NCBI GenBank assembly: GCA_016788565.1
Contig: JAEUSP010000063.1
Span: 71,919-135,918 of the forward strand
Origin: Chlorobiota bacterium
Lineage (GTDB): Bacteria > Bacteroidota > Ignavibacteria > OLB7
Direction of reading: 5' to 3'
Length of the DNA stretch: 64,000 nt
Under the pieces are notes generated by a model. The model was not told where the DNA came from. It ran no database searches and saw only the letters and a list, made by a program, of their open reading frames with translations. The position numbers and the translations under genes were made by a program. Below are positions 57,979-64,000 of this stretch, piece after piece (the first letter of the stretch is position 1; every line of letters starts with the position of its first letter).

Positions 57979-59493
57979 CTACCACAGCTTGCTAAACGCC
58001 GGATAAAAAAGCAATCCAAGCCGTGGCTGGCTTAGGAAAAATTCTGTTTTCCGGCGTGGCAGTACCCGCTCGGACATGATTTTTGAGACGTACCATTCTG
58101 CCGTTGGGGCAACAATGCCGAAGGGTGTTTTGATATTGATAGCAATCCCAAACGCCCCGCTAAGCCCCAAGCCTGTTTCCACAAATTCTTTGTAGTTAGT
58201 GTCGCGCACTTCTTCAACCAGCCATTGCTCCAAGCCATAAGAATTTCGGAAATACGTTAGCCCAAGCGAGGCGTGAAGGTTAATCACCGACATCGGGTTG
58301 CCGGTGAACCGGAAGTTAAACCCAAATTGTTGGTGGTCGTTCGGCGGTGCAAATTCTTTCCCCGTTACGTTGGTGTAGGTGGTGTCGTACAGGATGGTGT
58401 TACGGCTTTGGGTGTAGGTAAGGTCTAACTGCAACCAATGGACATCCAAACTGCGGAGCGGCGTTCCGCTTAGCCAGATGCCGTAGCCAGGAACAGCGTT
58501 GGCATCAGTAAGCGACCCGCTGATGATGGAGGTGGAAGCAAAATGCCCCCCAAAACCAAACCACTTCTCGTATGGCTCCGAAGGTTTTGCCCGGGCAGTA
58601 ACGGAGTCTGCCGGCGATGCCGGAAGGGGAAGGGTGAGCGATGAAATATCAGCAGGCGGCTGCCGATTGCTGGTAGCTGATTGCTGCGCTACGGCTGGCA
58701 CGCAAGCCAACATCATCAGCAGTAACATCAGTTGAAAAAAACGCTTGGCGTTTGCTGTTGTCGTCGTCATAATTTCCTGTAAAGTCGTGCCTCGAAGTTC
58801 GGCCATCTTCTGTGCAACCAATTCCACAAATGCTGGCTCGTTCCGCTTGCCACGGTGTGGGATCGGGGTCATGTAGGGGGCATCGGTCTCAATCATAATG
58901 CGGTCGTCGGGAACAGCGCGCACAACTTCATCCAACGCCCCCTTGCTGAAGGTGATGTTTCCGGTGAAGGAGATCATCCCCCCCAGCCCTACGGCTTGTT
59001 CCAAAACATCCATTCCGCTGCTGAAGCAATGCAGTTGGAATCGCAAGCTGCCATCCTGTTCTTCCTCCAATATCCGCAGCACGTCCTCATCCGATTCCCG
59101 GTTGTGAATCACCGCCGGAAGCCCAACGGCTTTTGCAATCTGAAGTTGCCTGCGGAACACTTCATGCTGCCGAGGCCTGGGGGCGAAGTCGTAATGGTAG
59201 TCCAAGCCAATCTCCCCAACAGCAATTCCGTTCCCCTGTTGCAGCAGCTCCTGAACCTGATCCAGATCGCTGTCGGCAATTTCGGCAGCATGGTGCGGGT
59301 GAACCCCAATGGCAACATGAATCTGCGGAAACCGCTTGGCCAGCTGCAACGCCGGCTGGAATTCCTGTGGCTTGGTGGCCGGTATCACCACCGCTTCCAC
59401 CCCGGCTTCAGCTGCGCGCGCCAGCACCTGCTCGATGTCGTCGGCAAAACGACCAACGTACAGATGGGCGTGGGTATCAATCAGCGAGCGCAT
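57979..59493 (-). CDS. tatD: TatD-family metal-dependent hydrolase fused in-frame to a signal-peptide-bearing beta-barrel-like domain
   Basis: Residues 1-255 are TatD (IDTHAHL, GVHPHH, GEIGLDYH, VIHNRE, METDAPY). At residue 256 an internal Met opens a canonical signal peptide (MLLLMMLACVPAVAQQ). About 245 aa follow, rich in Gly/Tyr/Thr/Phe and ending ..FYPAFSKLW. No stop separates the two parts. Confidence 0.55.
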   Translation of the reverse strand: MRSLIDTHAHLYVGRFADDIEQVLARAAEAGVEAVVIPATKPQEFQPALQLAKRFPQIHVAIGVHPHHAAEIADSDLDQVQELLQQGNGIAVGEIGLDYHYDFAPRPRQHEVFRRQLQIAKAVGLPAVIHNRESDEDVLRILEEEQDGSLRFQLHCFSSGMDVLEQAVGLGGMISFTGNITFSKGALDEVVRAVPDDRIMIETDAPYMTPIPHRGKRNEPAFVELVAQKMAELRGTTLQEIMTTTTANAKRFFQLMLLLMMLACVPAVAQQSATSNRQPPADISSLTLPLPASPADSVTARAKPSEPYEKWFGFGGHFASTSIISGSLTDANAVPGYGIWLSGTPLRSLDVHWLQLDLTYTQSRNTILYDTTYTNVTGKEFAPPNDHQQFGFNFRFTGNPMSVINLHASLGLTYFRNSYGLEQWLVEEVRDTNYKEFVETGLGLSGAFGIAINIKTPFGIVAPTAEWYVSKIMSERVLPRRKTEFFLSQPRLGLLFYPAFSKLW

Positions 59494-59935
59494 TCAAAAC
59501 CTCCTGGACATGGCCTTGTACTTTCACTTTTGGGAAGATATGCTTGATCCGCCCCCGTTTGTCAAGGATAAACGTCGTCCGCTCCACCCCCATGTACTTT
59601 CGCCCGTACATGCTTTTCTCCACCCAGACCCCATACCGGTTCACAAGCTCCTTCTGCGGGTCGGCCAGCAACGGAAAATTCAGCGATTCTTTGTCGGCAA
59701 ATTTTCGGTGGCTTTTCACGGTGTCGGGGCTAACGCCAAGCAGCACCACGTTGCCCGCTGCTAATCGGTTCAAGTTGTCGCGGAAGTCGCAGGCTTGCGT
59801 GGTGCAGCCGCTGGTTAAGTCTTTTGGGTAGAAGTAGAGCACCACCGTTTGGCCACGGTACTGCTTCAGACGGTGTGTGTTTCCGTCTTGGTCTTCTGCG
59901 GTGAAGTCGGGGGCGATGTCGCCAACATTCAGCAT
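59477..59935 (-). CDS. bcp: Peroxiredoxin Bcp (thiol peroxidase, AhpC/TSA family)
   Basis: GDIAPDFTAEDQDGNTHRLKQYRGQTVVLYFYPKDLTSGCTTQACDF with peroxidatic Cys in TSGCT. 152 aa. Confidence 0.85.
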   Translation of the reverse strand: MLNVGDIAPDFTAEDQDGNTHRLKQYRGQTVVLYFYPKDLTSGCTTQACDFRDNLNRLAAGNVVLLGVSPDTVKSHRKFADKESLNFPLLADPQKELVNRYGVWVEKSMYGRKYMGVERTTFILDKRGRIKHIFPKVKVQGHVQEVLNALAD

Positions 59936-59956
59936 AGTGTGGTGTGGTTGATCCGG

Positions 59957-62047
59957 TTATCGTTTGCCGCCAAATTTTTTCCCGCCGCCAGGTCGCCCTC
60001 CGCCAAATCCTTTGTTGAAGTCGCGGCGTGGCCGTTCGCCATCGTTGCGGCGGTCGCCAAACGGGCGGCGGTTGTCATCGCGTTTCCCGAAGCTCCGTTC
60101 GCCAAAATCGTGGCGTGGCCGTTCGCTATCGTTGCGGTCGTTGAAGTTGCGGCGTGGCCGTTCGCCATCGTTGCGGTCGTTGAAGTTGCGACGTGGGCGG
60201 TCGCCGTCGTTGCGGTCGTTGAAATCACGGCGTGGTCGGTCGCCAAATGGGCGGCGGTCGTCATCCCGTTTCCCGAAACTCCGTTCGCCGAAATTGCGGC
60301 GTGGCCGTTCGCCATCGTTGCGGTCGTTAAAGTTGCGGCGTGGCCGTTCGCCATCGTTGCGGTCATTGAAATCACGGCGTGGTCGGTCGCCAAATGGGCG
60401 GCGGTCGTCGTCCCGTTTTCCGAAACTCCGTTCGCCGACATTGCGACGTGGCCGGTCGCCATCATTGCGGTCGTTGCGGTCGTTGAAGTTGCGACGTGGC
60501 CGATCTCCATCGTTGCGGTCGTTGAAATCACGGCGTGGTCGGTCGCCAAACGGGCGGCGGTTGTCATCCCGTTTCCCGAAGCTCCGTTCACCGAAATTGC
60601 GGCGTGGGCGTTCGCCGTCGTTGCGGTCGTTGAAGTTGCGGCGTGGGCGGTCGCCGTAGGGCCGACGGTCGTCGTTTCTTGCTTCCGAGCTGCGGCGTGG
60701 GCGGCTTTGGTCTCCACGTTCTTCAAACTTGCGGCGTGGCCGTTCGCCTTCTTGCTCACCTTGCTCCATCTCCGGTTTCCCCCCTTCATCATCGTGCGCC
60801 ACGAACCGCTCGGCACTCCGTTTCCGAATCGGGCGGTTGCCCCCTGTTTCGGCTCCTGCGTCTTCTTCGGCTTCTTCGGCCACACGCTCTTCTCCCCAAA
60901 TTGTTTTGTACGTTGTTGCGGGTTCGGGCCAAGCGGTATCATCATCTTCCTCCATTTCCAACTCCAACTCTTCTTCATCAAGCTCGGAGTGCGGCCCCAG
61001 CACCACAACAAATTCGCCACGGAATTTTTTCTCAACGAACCGCTCGTTCAGCCCTGCAAGGGTGTCGTGCAGCACTGCTTCGTTCGGCATGGTGAGGTTC
61101 ATGGCCAACGCGGCGGGGCGCAGTGGCATGGCATCGGCAAGGATGGAGAGAAGGGAGCGAAGGCGGTAGGGAGTTTCCAGGATGACCACCGTGCGGGTGC
61201 GGAGGCGCAGTGCTCGTGCGGCAAGTTCCCGTTCGCCAATTTTGCGGGGAAGGAACCCAACCATATCGAATTCATCAATCCCAAAACCGCTGACCATCAG
61301 GGCTGTGGTGATGGAGCTTACGCCCGGGATGACCGTTGGCCGCAACTTGAGTTCGCGCAGTTTCTGGACTAACGTTGCGCCTGGATCCGCCACCAGCGGC
61401 AATCCGGCATCGCTGATAACGGCAACGGTTTTTCCGGCGTTCAGCAGTGCGATCACTTCTTCGGTGGCTTCTTCCTCGTTGTGTTCGTTCATCTCCATCA
61501 GCTTTGCGCTGATGTTGTGAGTTCGCATGATTCGCGCACCAACTTTTGCTTCCTCGCAAACCACAACATCGGCGTTGGCAAGGGTGCGGATTGCCCGCAG
61601 CGTGATGTCGCCATCGTTGCCGATGGGGACCCCAACAAAAAAGATATTCCCGGAGCGTTTGATCCGTACTGCTTCGGTTTCTTCTTCCGTCTCTTCCTCG
61701 CTTGTGGCCTCATCTTCGTTCGGCTGGTCAATCTCCGCAGCATCTGCCAAGCTGGCTTCGGTCTGTTCGGCCTCTTCTTCCTTCGGCTCATCCCGCTCGT
61801 CAGCGTCCGCCATGCTAATTTCTTCCAAGCTGCGTTCGGTCTGCTCGGCTTGTTCTTCCATTGCGGGTTCCTCGGTTCCGGCGTTGCCGGTGGGTGTGTC
61901 GCTCGTTTCTGGGATGAAGGTTGCGTCCTCTATCTGCAGAGGTTGTTGCACCGGCTGTTCGCTTGGTATCGTGGTCTCTTCCGCGTTATCTGGTTGGTTG
62001 GTCATGGATTGCGTTGATGAAAAAAAATCTGAGTCACTCTCGTGCAC
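59957..62047 (-). CDS. rsmI: 16S rRNA 2'-O-methyltransferase RsmI core, with an acidic N-terminal extension and a roughly 330-aa C-terminal Arg/Asp-rich tandem-repeat tail
   Basis: Core: IFFVGVPIGNDGDITLRAIRTLANADVVVCEE ... AGLPLVADPG ... ETPYRL (tetrapyrrole-methylase fold, RsmI). Tail: about 10 copies of the RPRRNFNDRNDGE(R) / FGERSFGKRDDNRRPFGD units. The start is uncertain: the listed start is GTG inside a 14-nt tandem array. Confidence 0.65.
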   Translation of the reverse strand: MHESDSDFFSSTQSMTNQPDNAEETTIPSEQPVQQPLQIEDATFIPETSDTPTGNAGTEEPAMEEQAEQTERSLEEISMADADERDEPKEEEAEQTEASLADAAEIDQPNEDEATSEEETEEETEAVRIKRSGNIFFVGVPIGNDGDITLRAIRTLANADVVVCEEAKVGARIMRTHNISAKLMEMNEHNEEEATEEVIALLNAGKTVAVISDAGLPLVADPGATLVQKLRELKLRPTVIPGVSSITTALMVSGFGIDEFDMVGFLPRKIGERELAARALRLRTRTVVILETPYRLRSLLSILADAMPLRPAALAMNLTMPNEAVLHDTLAGLNERFVEKKFRGEFVVVLGPHSELDEEELELEMEEDDDTAWPEPATTYKTIWGEERVAEEAEEDAGAETGGNRPIRKRSAERFVAHDDEGGKPEMEQGEQEGERPRRKFEERGDQSRPRRSSEARNDDRRPYGDRPRRNFNDRNDGERPRRNFGERSFGKRDDNRRPFGDRPRRDFNDRNDGDRPRRNFNDRNDRNDGDRPRRNVGERSFGKRDDDRRPFGDRPRRDFNDRNDGERPRRNFNDRNDGERPRRNFGERSFGKRDDDRRPFGDRPRRDFNDRNDGDRPRRNFNDRNDGERPRRNFNDRNDSERPRHDFGERSFGKRDDNRRPFGDRRNDGERPRRDFNKGFGGGRPGGGKKFGGKR
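59975..60700. repeat. In-frame DNA tandem repeats (about 105-bp super-unit made of about 30-bp sub-units) encoding the RD-rich tail
   Basis: Repeated ..cgttgcggtcgttgaagttgcggcgtggccgttcgccatcgttgcggtcg.. blocks are visible across 60000-60660. Confidence 0.8.
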
Positions 62048-62104
62048 TCACTCTCGTGCACTCACTCTCGTGCACTCACTCTCGTGCACCCACTCTCTCA
62101 CTCG
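62035..62104. repeat. 14-nt tandem repeat (cactctcgtgcact x4-5) at the 5' end of the rsmI-like gene
   Basis: Read directly. Confidence 0.85.
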
Positions 62105-62165
62105 TACAACAGTTGTGGCCGATGCTGCGTTCCCGCAGGCATTGGCGCGCATGGTTTTGCGGATG

Positions 62166-63512
62166 TCATCCTGAAGAATGGCCGCCGATTGGGTTGTGTT
62201 GCGCCACCGAGCGTTGGTACCATTCGCGCAGAAGCATCATCATCACGGCGGTGATGGGGACGGCAACCACCAGCCCAAAAAATCCAAAGAAGTGAGCAAA
62301 CACAAACAGCGAAGCGATCATCACCACTGGGTGAAGTCCAACGCTTTCGCCGATGATGTTAGGCTCAATCAAGTAGGCGTTCAGCGCGTGCAGCCCGCCA
62401 ATCATTCCGGTAGTGATTAATGTGTGCATCCAGAAATCCCCCGGGGCGAACAGGTAGAACACCATTGCAACCCCCAAGTTCATGAACATCCCGATGGTTG
62501 GGATGAAGTTGCAAACCCCGGTAAGAATCCCGATCACCACGGCGTAGGGGACATCGAACAGCACCAGCGTTGTGGTGGCCAGCACCGCCACAATGGAGCT
62601 GGTGGTAAGAATGCCGCGAAGGTAGCTGCTGATGATGTGGTCGGTGCGGCGAACCAAGTGGACGTACCGCTTGTTGTCGCGCAGCAACACGCGCCGCACA
62701 AACCCCCGCAACCGCTCGAAATCCAGCATTATGTACAACGCCAGCACCGGAATGGCAATCAGGTTGAAGACACCTTCCAGCACGGTTGTTAGGTTTTTCA
62801 CCACTTCGAACAAGGAGTTGGCAAGCCACAGGCCAAGCCCTTTCAGTTGTGGCAATATCTGGTTCACCACAAGTTCTTGCGCCTGCTTTTTGGGGATTCC
62901 CAATCGGGTGAGTTGCTCGGTCAGCCTGTCTTTTTCCAGCAGTTTATTGGCATCCCGCAGCATTGCTTGGGCCGAAACCCACAGGTTGTGGATTTCATCA
63001 ATCACCGGCGGGATCACGTAGAAACCGATCAGCACGTAGCCGCCAATAATCATCAGCACCACGGTGACTGAGGTAATCCACCGGGGAATCCCCCGGCGCT
63101 GGAACCAGAGCACCATCGGCGAAAGGATGTAGGCAATGATAAACGCCGCGATGAACGGAAACAGCACCCCCATCAGCGTGGTGCAAAGCCACAGCAAAAA
63201 AGTGCCAACCCCCAACTGCATCACCCTCCGCGAAACGATCTCGTGGCGGAATGGATAGAGCAAAAACACCAACGCTGCCACCACAAAAAAATCAATCACC
63301 AAGCCGTAGTTGGCACTGATTGTGAACAGCAGCAAGCCATACAACGCAAACCCACCCACCAGCGCAAACATCTCCTGGGGGCGGATTGTGCGGCGCAACG
63401 CAACGTGCGGGCGGCGCACCTTCCGAACATGATACTCTGCTTGCGGTTCTGCCATGTCCGTCCCCTCTGCTGGGGAAGTGGGTTGTGGTGTTTCCTCCTG
63501 CCGGTGTTCCAT
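62166..63512 (-). CDS. AI-2E family (UPF0118, PerM/TqsA-like) transporter
   Basis: Eight TM helices with the family-typical C-terminal region ..GFFGLVVAVPITAVMMMLLREWYQ. The true start may lie downstream of 63512 (a His/Pro-rich N-terminal extension). Confidence 0.7.
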   Translation of the reverse strand: MEHRQEETPQPTSPAEGTDMAEPQAEYHVRKVRRPHVALRRTIRPQEMFALVGGFALYGLLLFTISANYGLVIDFFVVAALVFLLYPFRHEIVSRRVMQLGVGTFLLWLCTTLMGVLFPFIAAFIIAYILSPMVLWFQRRGIPRWITSVTVVLMIIGGYVLIGFYVIPPVIDEIHNLWVSAQAMLRDANKLLEKDRLTEQLTRLGIPKKQAQELVVNQILPQLKGLGLWLANSLFEVVKNLTTVLEGVFNLIAIPVLALYIMLDFERLRGFVRRVLLRDNKRYVHLVRRTDHIISSYLRGILTTSSIVAVLATTTLVLFDVPYAVVIGILTGVCNFIPTIGMFMNLGVAMVFYLFAPGDFWMHTLITTGMIGGLHALNAYLIEPNIIGESVGLHPVVMIASLFVFAHFFGFFGLVVAVPITAVMMMLLREWYQRSVAQHNPIGGHSSG

Positions 63513-63564
63513 CTGCCCTTCGGTTACTCACTCTCTGTGTGTGTTGTTGATCTCTTCGCTTGCC

Positions 63565-64000
63565 TTAGCCAGCGCCGGTGCTTCCAAACCCGCCTGTTCC
63601 GCGTTGGCTTGTTTCAAGCTGGGCCTGCTCATCCCACTCAATCCGTTCGTAGCGTGCAATCACGGCTTGGGCAATGCGGTCGCCACGTTGGATGGTGAAC
63701 GGTTCGTTTCCCAAGTTCACCATCAGCACCTGAAGCTCGCCACGGTAGTCTTCATCAACCGTTCCCGGGGCGTTAATCATGGTGATGCCGTGGCGGATTG
63801 CAAGCCCGCTGCGGGGGCGCACCTGGCACTCGTATCCAGCCGGCAACGCAATGGCAACCCCGGTTGGGATTGCTGCCCGCTCCATCGGCTGAATCGTCAC
63901 CGGGTTGGCGACCGCTGCGCGAAGGTCCATTCCGGCCGCGCCGGCGGTGGCGTAGGTCGGGAGTGGGAGGTCGTCGAACCCCTCCCGAACGCGAAGAATT
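63565..64000 (-). CDS. dut: dUTP diphosphatase (dUTPase); the 5' end runs off the window
   Basis: ..[20 protein letters not shown] ... [46 protein letters not shown] ... [10 protein letters not shown] are the conserved dUTPase motifs. The frame stays open to nt 64000. Confidence 0.85.
   Translation of the reverse strand, partial: ILRVREGFDDLPLPTYATAGAAGMDLRAAVANPVTIQPMERAAIPTGVAIALPAGYECQVRPRSGLAIRHGITMINAPGTVDEDYRGELQVLMVNLGNEPFTIQRGDRIAQAVIARYERIEWDEQAQLETSQRGTGGFGSTGAG

Noticed and set aside
1-64000. tRNA, rRNA, integrase, transposase or phage genes
   Set aside because: No T-loop (GTTCGAATC-type) cloverleaf candidates were seen in the intergenic regions. No recombinase-like ORFs are present. 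The RM cassette and low-GC islands lack associated integrases.

Overview
This is a gene-dense window from a high-GC bacterium (about 60% GC by eye) that almost certainly belongs to the FCB group. At least five large secreted proteins end in type IX secretion (T9SS/Por) C-terminal sorting-domain-like tails. Taxonomic hints are GxxExxY, DUF3857/transglutaminase and BatA-type proteins, an MGDG-synthase-family GT28 and a futalosine-type menaquinone cluster. These would fit Chlorobi/Ignavibacteriae/Rhodothermaeota-like lineages; this assignment is inference only.

Content on both strands: housekeeping genes include typA/bipA, bcp, dut (truncated at the window end), rsmI, tatD, ubiE/menG, ubiX, a heterodimeric ABC exporter, an AI-2E transporter, a class-V aminotransferase, an SDR, and GNAT and AAC(3) acetyltransferases. 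A reduced-GC island (13.55-17.4 kb) carries two paralogous DUF3857/transglutaminase-like proteins. Several giant cell-surface proteins are present (choice-of-anchor-D/HYDIN-like repeats, a LamG x3 plus SASA esterase protein, a VWA-WD40 protein). A BsuBI/PstI-family type II restriction-modification cassette is bracketed by about 62-bp direct repeats that duplicate the 3' end of the upstream gene.

No tRNA, rRNA or CRISPR was found by eye. The non-coding DNA is unusually structured. There is a 116-150 bp MITE-like element with terminal inverted repeats and a GAAA-loop hairpin (4 copies). Many intergenic arrays of 7-nt and 14-nt tandem repeats recur upstream of genes, including a composite 65-80 bp unit repeated 4x at 4.3-4.6 kb and once inverted at 11.5 kb. 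There is a roughly 240-bp duplicated segment at 49.7-50.1 kb.

The most notable protein-level oddities are: (i) a co-oriented pair made of a 1268-aa VWA-WD40-Ig-repeat T9SS cargo and a 1045-aa gluzincin-peptidase/TolB-like PD40 propeller/Omp85-type barrel fusion; (ii) a futalosine cluster containing an MqnA-radical-SAM fusion next to a full-length MqnC/MqnE paralog that has lost the CxxxCxxC cysteines; (iii) an RsmI methyltransferase with an acidic N-terminal extension and a roughly 330-aa Arg/Asp-rich tandem-repeat tail; (iv) an in-frame TatD / signal-peptide / beta-barrel fusion. All functional calls are by-eye motif recognition; no database search was run.
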